A stretch of 64,000 bases of DNA from contig SHWB01000003.1 of the NCBI GenBank assembly GCA_009691025.1, forward strand, positions 37,851 through 101,850. The letters run 5' to 3'. The stretch's first letter is position 1. Every line of letters starts with the position of its first letter. This stretch comes from Alphaproteobacteria bacterium. Its GTDB lineage: Bacteria > Pseudomonadota > Alphaproteobacteria > UBA6615. The notes beneath the pieces are model-generated. The model saw only the letters and a list, made by a program, of their open reading frames with translations. It was not told where the DNA came from and searched no databases. The position numbers and the translations under genes are program-made. This document shows, piece after piece, positions 8,139-19,377 of this stretch.

Positions 8139-10334
8139 ATGCCGGCCGGGGAGGCCCGCGCCGCCATGAGTACCGCCTACGAGATCGTCCCGCCGCTGCC
8201 GCCGCTCGAGCCGACGGCACCGGTCGCGCATTCGCCCGAACGCTTCCTCAACCGCGAATTGTCGTGGCTGGCGTTCAACGAACGGGTCATCGAGGAAGCG
8301 GAAAATCCGCGTCACCCCTTGCAGGAGCGCGTGCGCTTCCTGTCGATCTCGGCGTCCAACCTCGACGAATTCTACATGGTCCGCGTGGCCGGACTGAAGG
8401 CGCAGGTCGGAGCCGGCGTGTCGACGCCCTCGATCGACGGGCGCACGCCGGCCCAGCAGCTGGTCGAGATCAACCGCCGCGCCGGTTTGCTGATGACGGA
8501 CCAGCAGCGCGTCTGGCTGACCCTGCGGCGCGCCATGCGCGAGGCGGGCATCGCCGACATCGAGCCCGGGGAACTGACGGCGGCCGAGCGCTACTGGCTC
8601 GAAGAGCATTTCATGGCCGAGATCTTCCCGGTGCTGACGCCGCTGGCGGTCGATCCGGCGCATCCGTTCCCCTTCATTCCTAATTTCGGCCTGGCCATGG
8701 CGCTGGAACTGGTGCGGCCCGCCGACAGCCGCGAGCTGGTCGGCCTGCTGCCGCTGCCGGGCCAGATCGACCGCTTCATCCGCCTGCCTGGTGAGAACGT
8801 AAGATTCATCGCCCTCGAGCATGTCGTGCGCGTCTTCCTCGATCGCCTGTTTCCTGGCTTCCGGCTGCGCGGATTCGGCAATTTCCGTGTCATCCGCGAC
8901 AGCGAGTTAGACATCCTCGAAGAGGCCGAGGATCTGGTGCGCGTGTTCGAGACGGCGCTGAAGCGCCGTCGCCGCGGCAACGTCATCCAGCTCGGCATCG
9001 ACGCCGCTATGCCCGACAGGCTGCGCAGCTTCGTGCTCGACCACATCGGCGTCGACGACGAGGATGTGTTCGTGCTCGACGGCATCCTCGGCATGGTCGA
9101 CACCAAGCAGCTCATCGTGCCGGAGCGCACCGACCTGCTGTTCAAGCCGTTCGAGCCGCGCTTTCCCGAGCGCATCCGCGATTTCGGCGGCGATTGCTTC
9201 GCCGCCATCCGTACCAAGGACATCGTCGTCCATCACCCGTTCGAATCCTTCGACGTGGTGGTGCAGTTCGTCCGCCAGGCGGCGCGCGACCCGCAGGTCG
9301 TGGCGATCAAGCAGACGCTGTATCGTACCTCGGAGGACTCCCCGATCGTGCGCGCGCTGATCGAGGCGGCGGAGTCCGGCAAGTCGGTGACGGCGCTGGT
9401 CGAACTGAAGGCGCGCTTCGACGAGGAAGCGAACATCCGCTGGGCGCGCGAGCTGGAGCGCGCCGGGGTGCAGGTCGTCTATGGCTTCATAGACCTCAAG
9501 ACGCACGCCAAGATCAGCCTCGTGGTGCGGCGCGATGGGCGCAGCCTGCGCTCCTACGCCCATTTCGGCACCGGCAACTACCATCCGGTAACGGCGCGCG
9601 TTTACAGCGACCTGTCGTTCTTCACCTGCGATCCCGTGCTGTGCCAGGACGCCTCGCGGGTGTTCAACTACATGACCGGATATGCTCGCCCGGATTCCCT
9701 GGAAAAGATCGCCTCGGCTCCGGTGGCGCTGCGCGGCACGCTGCTCTCCCTCATCGAGGACGAGATAGCGCATGCCCGCGCCGGCCGGCCGGCGCAGATC
9801 TGGGTCAAGCTCAACAACCTCGTCGACGGCGCCATCATCGATGCGCTCTACCGAGCCTCGGCCAACGGCGTATCGATCGACCTCATCGTGCGCGGCACCT
9901 GCTGCCTGCGTCCCGGCGTCCCCGGCCTGTCCGACAACATCCGCGTGAAAAGCATCGTCGGACGCTTCCTCGAACATGGCCGGATCGTTGCCTTCGGCGC
10001 CGGACACGATCTGCCCTCGCCGCATGCGCGCGTCTTCATCTCGTCGGCCGACTGGATGCCGCGCAACCTCGACCGCCGCGTCGAAGTGCTGGTGCCGATC
10101 GAGAACCCGACGGTGCACGAACAGATCCTCGACCAGATCATGGCCGCCAACCTGAAGGACGAGACGAGCAGCTGGACGCTGGGGCCCGACGGGGAGTACA
10201 CGCGGGTCGATTGCAGCGGCGACGACGAGCCGTTCAGCGCGCATCATTACTTCATAACCAACCCCAGCCTGTCGGGGCGCGGCTCGGCGCTGCACCGGCG
10301 CGGCGACGCGCCTCGTCCGCTGGTCGAAGGATGA
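8139..10334 (+). CDS. ppk: polyphosphate kinase 1
   Basis: 731-aa ORF ..[56 protein letters not shown]..; full-length PPK1. The alternative start at 8166 (MSTAYE) cannot be excluded. Confidence 0.95.
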   Translation: MPAGEARAAMSTAYEIVPPLPPLEPTAPVAHSPERFLNRELSWLAFNERVIEEAENPRHPLQERVRFLSISASNLDEFYMVRVAGLKAQVGAGVSTPSIDGRTPAQQLVEINRRAGLLMTDQQRVWLTLRRAMREAGIADIEPGELTAAERYWLEEHFMAEIFPVLTPLAVDPAHPFPFIPNFGLAMALELVRPADSRELVGLLPLPGQIDRFIRLPGENVRFIALEHVVRVFLDRLFPGFRLRGFGNFRVIRDSELDILEEAEDLVRVFETALKRRRRGNVIQLGIDAAMPDRLRSFVLDHIGVDDEDVFVLDGILGMVDTKQLIVPERTDLLFKPFEPRFPERIRDFGGDCFAAIRTKDIVVHHPFESFDVVVQFVRQAARDPQVVAIKQTLYRTSEDSPIVRALIEAAESGKSVTALVELKARFDEEANIRWARELERAGVQVVYGFIDLKTHAKISLVVRRDGRSLRSYAHFGTGNYHPVTARVYSDLSFFTCDPVLCQDASRVFNYMTGYARPDSLEKIASAPVALRGTLLSLIEDEIAHARAGRPAQIWVKLNNLVDGAIIDALYRASANGVSIDLIVRGTCCLRPGVPGLSDNIRVKSIVGRFLEHGRIVAFGAGHDLPSPHARVFISSADWMPRNLDRRVEVLVPIENPTVHEQILDQIMAANLKDETSSWTLGPDGEYTRVDCSGDDEPFSAHHYFITNPSLSGRGSALHRRGDAPRPLVEG

Positions 10335-10359
10335 AACCGGGGCTGGAGTTAGCGACCGC

Positions 10360-11868
10360 ATGTCGCTAGGAGCGTTCGAACGGGCCTTCGGCACGCGCGC
10401 CCAGGATGTGCGCGCCGCCGTCGTCGATGTCGGTTCCAACTCCATCCGCCTTGTCGTCTACGATCATCTCGGACGCGCGCCGTGGCCGCTGTTCAACGAG
10501 CGCGTGATCTGCGGCATCGGCCGCGACGTCGCCCGCACCGGCCGCCTCAACCCCGAGGGTGTCGCCCGCGCGATGGCCAGCCTGCCGCGCTTCGCGCGCA
10601 TCGCCCAGGGCATGAGAGTGGCGGGGCTCGACGTGCTTGCCACGGCGGCGACGCGCGAGGCGGTTGACGGGCCGGCCTTCCTCGCCGAGGTCGGGCGGAT
10701 CTGCGGCGTGCCGGTGCGCCAGCTCGACGGCGGCGAGGAAGCCCGGCTGTCGGCGCACGGCGTCATCATGGGCATACCCGATGCGCGCGGCATCGTCGGC
10801 GATCTCGGCGGCGGTTCTCTGGAACTGGCCGCGGTCGATGGCGGACGGGCGCTCGACCACACGACGCTGCCGCTAGGGCCGCTGCGGCTGCTCGCCGCCG
10901 ACGGCGCCTCGCGCCGCCAGATGCAGGAGGCGATCGATGCGGCGCTCGCCGGCGTCGACTGGCTCGACCGCTGGCGCGGCGCCGGCTTCTATCCGGTCGG
11001 CGGCGCCTGGCGCGCCTTCGCCCGCGTCCACATGGCGCAAACCGGTTATCCGCTGCGCGTCATCCACCAGTATTCGGTGAGCGGACGTGTCGCGGCCGAT
11101 TTTGCCAAGCTCGTCTCGCGCCTCGGCAAAGGCACTCTGGCGGCGATGAGAGATGTGCCGGCGGCGCGCCTCGCCACCCTGCCGGTGGCGGCGCTCGTAC
11201 TGCGCCGCGTCGTCAAGCAATTGCGGCCGACGCACGTCACCTTCTCGGCGCTCGGCCTGCGCGAGGGCTCGCTGTTCGAACGGCTCGACCCTGACGAACG
11301 CCTTGCCGATCCGCTGGTGCTGGCCTGCACCGCGCTGGCCGACCGCGAGAGCCGCTTCGGCAACCGCGGCGATGTCCTGTTCGACTGGACGGCGGCGCTG
11401 TTCACCGGCGAGAGCCCGGCGGTGGCGCGCCTGCGCCATGCCGCATGCCTGCTCGCCGATATCGGCTGGCACGAGCATCCGGACTACCGCGCCGAGCAGG
11501 TCTACCTGCGCATCATTCGCCTGCCCTTCACGGCCATCGACCATGTCGATCGCGCCCGGCTCGCCCTGGCGCTGTATGCGCGCTACGGCGGGCCGCCGGC
11601 GGCGCCGGTGCTGGCCAGCGGCCAGACCTTCGCCGACGAGGCCGATCTGCGGCGCCTGACGACCATCGGGCTGGCGCTGCGCCTCGCCGAGACGCTCGCA
11701 GCCGGCATGCCAGATTTGCTCGCCGGCACTCGCCTGCGCATAGCCGGCAGTACGCTGCGACTGGAGCTGACGCCGGAAGTGGCGGTGCTAGACGGCGAGG
11801 TCGCGCGCGGTCGCTTCGATGCCCTGGCCCGCCATCTCGGGCTAGCCGGCGCCGTCGTCGTCGGGTAG
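10360..11868 (+). CDS. ppx: exopolyphosphatase (Ppx/GppA family)
   Basis: 502-aa ORF ..AAVVDVGSNSIRLVVYD..DLGGGSLELA..; Ppx/GppA phosphatase motifs, immediately downstream of ppk. Confidence 0.9.
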   Translation: MSLGAFERAFGTRAQDVRAAVVDVGSNSIRLVVYDHLGRAPWPLFNERVICGIGRDVARTGRLNPEGVARAMASLPRFARIAQGMRVAGLDVLATAATREAVDGPAFLAEVGRICGVPVRQLDGGEEARLSAHGVIMGIPDARGIVGDLGGGSLELAAVDGGRALDHTTLPLGPLRLLAADGASRRQMQEAIDAALAGVDWLDRWRGAGFYPVGGAWRAFARVHMAQTGYPLRVIHQYSVSGRVAADFAKLVSRLGKGTLAAMRDVPAARLATLPVAALVLRRVVKQLRPTHVTFSALGLREGSLFERLDPDERLADPLVLACTALADRESRFGNRGDVLFDWTAALFTGESPAVARLRHAACLLADIGWHEHPDYRAEQVYLRIIRLPFTAIDHVDRARLALALYARYGGPPAAPVLASGQTFADEADLRRLTTIGLALRLAETLAAGMPDLLAGTRLRIAGSTLRLELTPEVAVLDGEVARGRFDALARHLGLAGAVVVG

Positions 11869-11876
11869 CGTCGCCG

Positions 11877-12911
11877 TCAGCAAATCTCGATCGCGCGCGT
11901 TTCGTGCAGCAGCACCTTGCCGGGACCGTCGCCGTCCGGCCGTGTCAGCTCGAAGCGGCCGGTATAGGTGCCGGCAGGCCAGGGCGTGCGGGGCTGCCGC
12001 GCGCCGGCGAACTAGAACCAGGCGTCCTTGTTGGCGGGGACCGCCTAGGTATGGTCGACGACGACGCTGCCGTCCGGCGCGGTGATGAGGATGCGGCCGC
12101 GGTCGCCGCCGGCCGGTCCGCTGAGCGAGGCGAACAGGATCAGCGACTTGGCCGTCCGTTCGATCTGCGCCGCGCGCGGACAGGCCCGGTCCATCAGTTC
12201 TTGGCTCGGCGCGTTGATGGCGAAGCCGATGCACAGCGCCACCACCTCGCGGTAGGGCATGGCCGCCGCGGCGGCGGCCGTCCACAATGGCGCCGCCGCG
12301 CCGCCGCAGCCGCCGCAGCCGCCGTCGTCGGCGCGGCCGCTGAAGGGATCGATTACGACGCCGTTGTGCCGCACCTGCAGTTCGACATGCGTAAACTCGG
12401 GGCGGCCCGACAGGCCGACGAGGCCGAGCTTCTGGCCCGCCGTCACGCGGTCGCCCTGCTTCACCGCCACGCTGCCCTGGCGCATGTGCGAGTACTGCAT
12501 CTCCCAGCCGTTCTCGTGCGTCAGGACCACGGCGTTGCCGGCCTCGCGCCCGGCCACGTCGGGCGCGGCGGGATGCGAAACGGCGATGTCGCGCACGACA
12601 TCGCGCACCGCGCGCACGGTGCCGGCCGCCACGGCGACGACCGCCACGCCGCGCAGCATAGTCTCCTCGTCGGGCAGGCGGAAATCGGCCCCGCGGTCGC
12701 CGTTGTAGGCGTGATGGCCGCAAGTCCAGTCGGCCGCTTCCGGGCCGGGCTTCATGTCGACGTAGTTCTGAATCGAGCAGGTCGTGGCGAAGTCGCAATC
12801 GAGTGGCAGGCCGAGGCCACCGCCCGGCGGCGGCGGCAGGGACTGGGCCAACGCGACGGGGGCCGCGACGAGGAAGGCGGAGACGGCAAGGGCTGCAAGC
12901 CTGCCCGTCAC
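11877..12911 (-). pseudogene. M23 family metallopeptidase with two in-frame amber codons near the C-terminus
   Basis: ORF 12045..12911 (GTG start, signal peptide [22 protein letters not shown]; M23 core ..HENGWEMQYSHMRQGSVAVKQGDRV..GLVGLSGRPEFTHVELQV). The same frame continues VVDHT*AVPANKDAWF*FAGARQPRTPWPAGTYTGRFELTRPDGDGPGKVLLHETRAIEIC to TGA at 11877-11879. TAGs at 12045-12047 and 12012-12014. Confidence 0.72.
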
Positions 12912-14248
12912 ACCATCTCCTCGGGCACCGACTCGGCGGACGATTCGTCCGCGACCCCGGTGGCCGGGCCTTCGTTGCCATTGGCGCCGCGCCGCCGCCG
13001 TCGCCGCCGCTTGCGCCGTGCGCGGCCGTCGCCCTCGCCGGCGCCGTTGCCGCCTTCAGGCCGGGCGGCGGACGGGGCAGGGACGCTGGCGATGCCGCCC
13101 TCGACCGTCACGAGCACGACCTGCTTGCCGTTGGCGGCGAGGGCGAGGCGGCCATGCTTGAGGGCCAGCGCGTCGGCGCCAAACATCTCGCGCCGCCAGC
13201 CGGCGAGTGCCGGCACCTCGGCCTCGTCGTCGCCGGCGATGGCCTGCAGATCGTCGCTCGACGCCACCAGCTTCTTCGCCACGTCCCATTCCTCGCAGCG
13301 CAGATTCAGCAGCACCTTGAACAGGTCTGTCAGCGGGCCGACGCCGCGCGCCACCACCGGGCGCGGCGGCGGCTCGGGCGCCTCGTCGAGCGGCAAAGAG
13401 AGGCCGCGCTCGACGGCCGTCAGCAGCGTGGCCGCCAGCCGGCCCTCGGCGAAGCCGCGCGAGACGCCGCGGATGCGCCCGAGATCGGCGGCCGATTTCG
13501 GCGGGTGGGCGGCGATTTCCAGCAGCGCCTCGTCGCGCACGATGCGGTTGCGCGGCAGGTCGCGCGTTGCCGCCTCGTCCTCGCGCCAGGCGGCGATGGC
13601 CTGCAGCACGGCGAGCTGGCGCCGATCGTTGGTGCGCGGCTTCAGGCGGCGCCAAGCGTTGGGCGGGTCGAGCCGGTAGGTCGCCGGGTTCTCGAACACG
13701 GCCATTTCCTCGGCGACCCAGTCCGTGCGGCCGGCCGCCTCGATACGGTCGCGCAGCTTCTCGTAGGCCTCGCGCAGGTGGATGACGTCGCCCAGCGCAT
13801 AGTCGAGCTGATGCTTCGACAGCGGGCGCAGCGACCAGTCGGTGAAGCGCGAGGCCTTGTCGACCCCTTGCCCGGTCAGCCGCGCGATCAGCGTCTCGTA
13901 GCCGACCTGGTCGCCGAATCCCGCCACCATCGCCGCCACCTGGGTGTCGACCACCGGGTTCGGCAGCTCGCCCGACAGATGGTGGAAGATCTCCATGTCC
14001 TGGCGGCCGCCATGCATGACCTTGAGCACGCGGCGGTTGGCCATCAGGTCGAACAGCGGCTGCAGGTCGATGCCCGGGGCGAGCGAGTCAATGGCGACGG
14101 CCTTTTCCGGCCCGGCGAGCTGCACCAGGCAGAGCTGCGGCCAGAAGGTGCTCTCGCGCATGAACTCGGTGTCCAGCGCGACGTAGTCCACGCGCGCCAG
14201 GGCCTTGCAGAAGGCAGCCAGCGCGGCACTGTCGTCGATCAGCGTCAT
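12908..14248 (-). CDS. rnd: ribonuclease D with Arg-rich/acidic C-terminal tail
   Basis: 446-aa [48 protein letters not shown]..; DEDD 3-5 exonuclease and HRDC regions. The last ~60 aa are low complexity (..[26 protein letters not shown]). Confidence 0.9.
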   Translation of the reverse strand: MTLIDDSAALAAFCKALARVDYVALDTEFMRESTFWPQLCLVQLAGPEKAVAIDSLAPGIDLQPLFDLMANRRVLKVMHGGRQDMEIFHHLSGELPNPVVDTQVAAMVAGFGDQVGYETLIARLTGQGVDKASRFTDWSLRPLSKHQLDYALGDVIHLREAYEKLRDRIEAAGRTDWVAEEMAVFENPATYRLDPPNAWRRLKPRTNDRRQLAVLQAIAAWREDEAATRDLPRNRIVRDEALLEIAAHPPKSAADLGRIRGVSRGFAEGRLAATLLTAVERGLSLPLDEAPEPPPRPVVARGVGPLTDLFKVLLNLRCEEWDVAKKLVASSDDLQAIAGDDEAEVPALAGWRREMFGADALALKHGRLALAANGKQVVLVTVEGGIASVPAPSAARPEGGNGAGEGDGRARRKRRRRRRRGANGNEGPATGVADESSAESVPEEMV

Positions 14249-14392
14249 GTTCCGCTTCTACACGCCTTTGCCGGGGCGAGGGAAGCCGGCCGGGATCGCT
14301 TGACACTTGCGGGCGTTCCGTGGCCAGTGGCGCCGCGCCCCGGCTGGCCCCAGCCGCCGCCGGGCAGGCGACCCGTTCCGAGAGAGTCCCCG

Positions 14393-16195
14393 ATGCACCG
14401 CTATCGCACCCATACCTGCGGCGCGCTGCGCCCGGCCGATTCCGGCGCCGATGTGCGGCTGTCGGGCTGGGTCCACCGCAAGCGCGACCACGGCCAGCTC
14501 ATGTTCATCGACCTGCGTGATCATTACGGTCTCACCCAGTGCGTGCTCGACATCGCCAACCAGGCCTTCGCCGCCGCCGGGGCGCTGCGGCTGGAATCGG
14601 TGATCACGGTTTCCGGGACGGTCGTGCGGCGCTCGGCTGAGACGGTCAACGCGACCATGCCGACCGGTGGCATCGAGGTGCAGGTGGCGTCGCTGGCTCT
14701 GGAATCGGCTGCCGACGTGCTGCCGCTGCAGGTCAATTCCGACGAGGATTACGGTGAGGAGACGAGGCTGCGCTACCGCTTCCTCGATCTGCGGCGCGAG
14801 AAGGTGCACCGCAACGTGCTGCTGCGTAGCCAGGTCATCTCCTCGATCCGCCGGCGCATGATCGACGGCGGCTTCACCGAATTCCAGACGCCGATCCTGA
14901 CGGCGTCGAGCCCCGAGGGCGCGCGCGACTACCTCGTGCCGTCGCGCCTCCACCCCGGCCGCTTCTACGCCCTGCCGCAGGCGCCGCAGCAATTCAAGCA
15001 GCTACTGATGATCGCCGGCTTCGACCGCTACTTCCAGATCGCGCCGTGCTTCCGCGACGAGGATGCGCGCGCCGACCGCTCGCCGGGAGAATTCTATCAG
15101 CTCGATTTCGAGATGAGCTTCGTCGAGCAGGAGGACGTGTTCGCGGCGATCGAGCCGGTCATCGCCGGGGTGTTCGAGGAATTCGCCGGCTTCGACCGCG
15201 CCGCCCCGTGGACGGTGACGAAGCCGCCTTTCCCGCGCATCCGCTATGCCGACGCGATGCTGAAATACGGCTCCGACAAGCCGGACCTGCGCAACCCGCT
15301 GCTCATCGCCGATGTTGGCGAGGTCTTCGCCGGCTCCGACTTCCGAGTCTTCGCCAAGCTGGTGGGCGAGGGGGGCGTGGTCCGCGCCATCCCCGCGCCG
15401 GCGGCTTCCGGCCGGCCGCGCAGCTGGTTCGACCGGCTCAACGACTGGGCGCGCGGCGAGGGTGCGCCGGGCCTCGGCTGGATCGTCTTCGAGGGCGGCG
15501 AGGCCAAGGGGCCGATCGCCCGCTTCCTGTCGCCCGAGCGGCAGGCGCGCCTGCGCGATCTGGCCGGGCTGAGCGAGGGCGACGCCGTGTTCTTCGCCGC
15601 CGGCGCGTCGGCCGAGGCGGCGTCGCTCGCCGGCAAGGCGCGCACGCGCATCGGCACCGATCTCGGCCTAGTCGCCGAGGGCCGCTACGAATTCTGCTGG
15701 ATCGTCGATTTCCCGATGTACGAGAAGGATCCCGACACCGGGAAGATCGAGTTCAGCCACAACCCGTTCTCCATGCCGCAGGGCGGGCTGGAGGCGCTCG
15801 AGACCAGGGATCCGCTCGAGGTGCTGGCCTTCCAGTACGACATCGTCTGCAACGGCGTCGAACTGTCCTCGGGCGCCATCCGCAACCATCGCCCGGATAT
15901 CATGATCAAGGCCTTCCAGATCGCCGGCTACAGCCAGGACGATCTGGAGCAGCGCTTCGGCGGCATGCTGGCGGCGCTGCGCTTCGGCGCGCCGCCGCAT
16001 GGCGGCTCGGCGCCGGGCATCGACCGCATCGTCATGCTGATTGCCGACGAACCCAATATCCGCGAGGTCATCGCCTTCCCGATGACCCAGCGAGCCGAGG
16101 ATCTGATGATGCAGGCGCCGGCCGAGGTGCCGCCGGAGCGCTGGCGAGAACTGCATCTCCGCCCGGCCTTGCCACCGGTGAAAAGCGGCGGATAA
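14393..16195 (+). CDS. aspS: aspartate--tRNA ligase
   Basis: ATG at 14393 within ORF 12803..16195: [66 protein letters not shown]..; 600 aa, class II aaRS motifs. Confidence 0.97.
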   Translation: MHRYRTHTCGALRPADSGADVRLSGWVHRKRDHGQLMFIDLRDHYGLTQCVLDIANQAFAAAGALRLESVITVSGTVVRRSAETVNATMPTGGIEVQVASLALESAADVLPLQVNSDEDYGEETRLRYRFLDLRREKVHRNVLLRSQVISSIRRRMIDGGFTEFQTPILTASSPEGARDYLVPSRLHPGRFYALPQAPQQFKQLLMIAGFDRYFQIAPCFRDEDARADRSPGEFYQLDFEMSFVEQEDVFAAIEPVIAGVFEEFAGFDRAAPWTVTKPPFPRIRYADAMLKYGSDKPDLRNPLLIADVGEVFAGSDFRVFAKLVGEGGVVRAIPAPAASGRPRSWFDRLNDWARGEGAPGLGWIVFEGGEAKGPIARFLSPERQARLRDLAGLSEGDAVFFAAGASAEAASLAGKARTRIGTDLGLVAEGRYEFCWIVDFPMYEKDPDTGKIEFSHNPFSMPQGGLEALETRDPLEVLAFQYDIVCNGVELSSGAIRNHRPDIMIKAFQIAGYSQDDLEQRFGGMLAALRFGAPPHGGSAPGIDRIVMLIADEPNIREVIAFPMTQRAEDLMMQAPAEVPPERWRELHLRPALPPVKSGG

Positions 16196-16245
16196 AAAAC
16201 GCCTGGATCTGGGAACCGCCCGCGCCGTCCTGCGTTGAACGCAGG

Positions 16246-16572
16246 ATGGCACGGGTGGGCAACAAGGTTACGGGGTGGTGGGTATTGGTCGCGCTGCCGC
16301 TGCTGTGCGGCGGCTGCTCCCTGCCGCTCCAGTGGACCATCCTCAGCACCGCCGCCGACGGCGCGAGCTACGCATCGACCAGCAAGACCACCAGCGATCA
16401 TGCGCTTTCCTCCGCGACCGAGTGCGACTGCTCGCTGATGCGGATTTTCGAGGAAGAGCCGGTTTGCCGCGACGTCTTGCCGGCGATGATGGCGGAACCT
16501 GCGGTTTCCGGCCTGCCGGGCCCCAAGCCAGCGATCGTCGCCGCCGCCGCGGCGGTTCAACCAGACAGCTAG
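16246..16572 (+). CDS. lipoprotein of unknown function (paralogue 1)
   Basis: ATG at 16246 in ORF 15046..16572: MARVGNKVTGWWVLVALPLLCGGCSLPLQW..SKTTSDHALSSATECDCSLMR..; lipobox LCGGC. Shares a motif block with the next gene. Confidence 0.6.
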   Translation: MARVGNKVTGWWVLVALPLLCGGCSLPLQWTILSTAADGASYASTSKTTSDHALSSATECDCSLMRIFEEEPVCRDVLPAMMAEPAVSGLPGPKPAIVAAAAAVQPDS

Positions 16573-16693
16573 CAAAAATTGCAAGCGTTTCCCACAAGTT
16601 GACAATCTGCGTTGAAGCGCCACACGAATACGCTGGGGAAATAGCTTTCAGTTCTTCATTCTTTCGCATGAAGCGTCTACACAGGGGGCGGCT

Positions 16694-17197
16694 ATGAGGG
16701 TGCGGCTCGCGGCTTTGCTGCTTATACCGATGGGTCTTGGCGGCTGTGCGCTGCCCCTGGAGTACAACCTAGCCAGCCACGCGATCGACGGCCTCAGCTA
16801 CCTTTTCAGCGGAAAATCGGCCACCGACCACGCTCTGTCGAGCGTCGCCGCGCGCGACTGCGCCATGCTGCGCGCGATGGACGGCGACGACATCTGCCTG
16901 GACTACGCGATGCCGGACAGCGAGGACGGCGAGAGCCTTGCCTGGTTGGACGGCGCCCCGGTCCATGTCGCGGTGACGCCGCTGCCGCCGCTGGCGGAGG
17001 GTGTGCCGGTGCATGCCGCAACGGTGCCCGTGCACAAGCCGCGGGCGCCCATGCTCGCGCTGGACGCCGCGCGCCCGCTGCCGAAGCCCGTCGCGCCCCG
17101 CCTTGCCGACGATCCGGCGTTCCTCGCCCGCGCCGCGCCGCAGCCGAAGCCGGCGACGCCCCTCTTCTGGAATCAACTGGCCGCGCTGGCGCGCTGA
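16694..17197 (+). CDS. lipoprotein of unknown function (paralogue 2, Pro/Ala-rich tail)
   Basis: 167-aa ORF MRVRLAALLLIPMGLGGCALPLEY..GKSATDHALSSVAARDCAMLR..; lipobox LGGC. About half the residues in the first 55 mature positions are identical to the preceding gene. Confidence 0.65.
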   Translation: MRVRLAALLLIPMGLGGCALPLEYNLASHAIDGLSYLFSGKSATDHALSSVAARDCAMLRAMDGDDICLDYAMPDSEDGESLAWLDGAPVHVAVTPLPPLAEGVPVHAATVPVHKPRAPMLALDAARPLPKPVAPRLADDPAFLARAAPQPKPATPLFWNQLAALAR

Positions 17198-17288
17198 CCG
17201 TCGCATTGTCGCCGACGCCGTGATATCCCACATTACGATGCGGTAACGGCTCGCCGTTGTCGGGCGCGCATCGCCTGGGGTCGGCCGG

Positions 17289-18107
17289 ATGTCGAAATGG
17301 CGTGGGCGGCAGGGCAACGATGCGCTGGCGGCGGCGATTGCCGGCACCCTGGGAGTGTCCGCGCCGGCCGGCGCCGTCGACCTGGCGCCCTATCGCGCCT
17401 TCTACGAATTGTCGCTGGCCAACGCCTTCGGGCGCTCCACCATCGTCGGCGCCACCGGCGCGATGAGCGCGGAGTGGTCGCTGTCCTGCGACGGCTGGGT
17501 CGCCGTGCAGCGGTTGCGCATGGTGCTCGAGACCGACGAGGGCGAGAAGCTCGACACCGACCTCGTCATGTCGAGCTTCGAAAGCGTCGACGGCAAATCC
17601 TACCACTTTACCTCGCGCACCACGCATGACGGCAGCGAGGAGGAACGGTACCAGGGCGCCGCCCGGCGCGATGAGGCCGGTGCCGCCGGCAGTGCGCTTT
17701 ACAGCGAGCCCGCCGCAGCTACCGTCGAGTTTCCGGCCGGAACCATGTTTCCCATCCAGCACACCCGTGCCCTGGTCGCCGCGGCCGAGCGGGGCGACCG
17801 CCTGCTGACCGTGCCGTTCTTCGACGGGCCGCGCCCGGACAAGAGCCCCTTCCTCGCCAGCGCTCTGGTGCTCGGCGCGGCGCAGCCGGCCGCCGCCGAT
17901 GACGAGGAATTGTTGCGCCACCGCTGGTGGCCGGTGCGCATCGCCTTCTTCGAGAACGACACCGGCGTCGCCGAGCCCGATTTCGAGATGACGGCGAAGC
18001 TGCAGGACAACGGCGTGGTGCGCGAATTCACGTTCGACTACGGCGAGTTCAGCTTGGTCGCCCGCCTTTCCCGGATCGAGGGGCTTTCGGTCCCGGATTG
18101 TCGCTGA
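17289..18107 (+). CDS. eipB: cell envelope integrity protein EipB family (DUF1849)
   Basis: 272-aa ORF with signal peptide, ..VDLAPYRAFYELSLA..GAMSAEWSLSCDGW..HFTSRTTHDGSEEE..WWPVRIAFFEND..FTFDYGEFSL..; the pattern matches the DUF1849/EipB family as I recall it. Confidence 0.7.
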   Translation: MSKWRGRQGNDALAAAIAGTLGVSAPAGAVDLAPYRAFYELSLANAFGRSTIVGATGAMSAEWSLSCDGWVAVQRLRMVLETDEGEKLDTDLVMSSFESVDGKSYHFTSRTTHDGSEEERYQGAARRDEAGAAGSALYSEPAAATVEFPAGTMFPIQHTRALVAAAERGDRLLTVPFFDGPRPDKSPFLASALVLGAAQPAAADDEELLRHRWWPVRIAFFENDTGVAEPDFEMTAKLQDNGVVREFTFDYGEFSLVARLSRIEGLSVPDCR

Positions 18108-19377
18108 GCCCCCGCCCGCGGCTGATGGCGCCGCGGCCGAGGCGGGCGCGCACCGCGTCGATGGCCGCCTCGACCTGTCGCCGCTTGCCGCCGTCGGGGT
18201 CCGCGAGGTCCGGCGGATCGGCCTCCTCCGCCGGACCCAGCCCCGTGGCACCGACGCCGACGAGGCGGAAGGTCGTGCCCGGCGGCAAATCGGCCAGCGC
18301 CTTGTCGAGCAAGGGCAGGGCCGTCCGCCACAGCGTATCGGCGAGGCGCGTCAGCGCCGGCAGGCTCGACTGGCGGCTGATCAGGCGGAAGCGCGCCGTC
18401 TTCAGCTTCACCGTCACGGTGCGTCCCGCGAGGCCGGCGGATTTCAGGTGCTCGGCGACGCGCTCGGCCAATGGCCACAGCCGGCCGCGCAGCATTTCGG
18501 CGCCGGCGAGATCGTCCTCGAAGGTGGTTTCGGCCGATACGCTGCGCGCCGGCTCGCGCGGATTGACCCGGCGCGCATCCTCGCCGCGCGCGAAGTGCCA
18601 CAGCCGGCTGCCGATCGCGCCATAGCGGGCTGTCAGCGCCGCCTCGTCACGGCCGCGCAACTGGCCGACCGTGCGAATACCGTCGCCCGTCAGGCGCGCC
18701 TGCAGGGAGGCGCCGACACCCCATAGCCGCTCGACCGGCAGCCGGTCGAGGAAGGCCGGCGTGTCGCCGCGGCCGAGCACGGCGAAGCCGCGCGGCTTGT
18801 CGAGATCGGAGGCCAGCTTGGCGAGGAACTTGTTGTAGCTGAGGCCGATCGACACGGTCACGCCGATCTCCGCCTCGATACGGCGGGCGAGGCGTATCAG
18901 CGTCGCCGCCGGATCGGCGCCGTGCAGGCGCCGCGTGCCCGTCAGGTCGAGGAAGGCCTCGTCTATCGACAGCGGCTCGACCAGCGGCGTCGTCGCCTCC
19001 ATCAGAGCCCGCACCTGCTTGCTCACGGCCGCGTACTTCGTCATGTCCGGGCGGATCACGGTGGCGCCGGGGCACAGCCGCAGCGCCTCAAACATCGGCA
19101 TCGCCGAATGCACGCCATGGATTCGCGCGACGTAGCAGGCGGCAGAGACGACGCCACGCCGCCCGCCGCCGACGATCACCGGCCGGTCGCGCAGCGACGG
19201 GTCGTCGCGCTTCTCGATGGCGGCATAGAAGGCATCGCAGTCGAGATGGGCGATGGCCAGTTCGGCCAGTTCCGGATGGCGGAGGATGCGCGGCGAATGG
19301 CAGGCCGGGCAGCGCCGCCCGGCCGCCGGCACCGGCGCGGCGCAGTCGCGGCAGAGGGCGGCGCCCGCGTCGCTCAT
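18049..19377 (-). CDS. dinB: DNA polymerase IV with N-terminal CxxC..CxxC extension
   Basis: ATG at 19377 in ORF 18049..20040: MSDAGAALCRDCAAPVPAAGRRCPACHSPRILRH..IAHLDCDAFYAAIEKRDDPSLRDRPVIVGG..SIDEAFLDLTG..; Y-family polymerase motifs. The 3' end overlaps eipB convergently by 59 nt. Confidence 0.9.
   Translation of the reverse strand: MSDAGAALCRDCAAPVPAAGRRCPACHSPRILRHPELAELAIAHLDCDAFYAAIEKRDDPSLRDRPVIVGGGRRGVVSAACYVARIHGVHSAMPMFEALRLCPGATVIRPDMTKYAAVSKQVRALMEATTPLVEPLSIDEAFLDLTGTRRLHGADPAATLIRLARRIEAEIGVTVSIGLSYNKFLAKLASDLDKPRGFAVLGRGDTPAFLDRLPVERLWGVGASLQARLTGDGIRTVGQLRGRDEAALTARYGAIGSRLWHFARGEDARRVNPREPARSVSAETTFEDDLAGAEMLRGRLWPLAERVAEHLKSAGLAGRTVTVKLKTARFRLISRQSSLPALTRLADTLWRTALPLLDKALADLPPGTTFRLVGVGATGLGPAEEADPPDLADPDGGKRRQVEAAIDAVRARLGRGAISRGRGLSDNPGPKAPRSGKGGRPS

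Noticed and set aside
12803-16195. The 1130-aa ORF as a giant fusion protein
   Set aside because: Only the last 600 codons (from ATG 14393) are aspS. The upstream part is antisense to rnd and the rnd-aspS promoter region and has no protein-like sequence.
16573-16693. TTGACA hexamer (about 16598-16603) as the promoter of the second lipoprotein gene
   Set aside because: There is no convincing -10 element at 16-18 nt spacing (ACACGA/GAATAC only), which is too weak to annotate.
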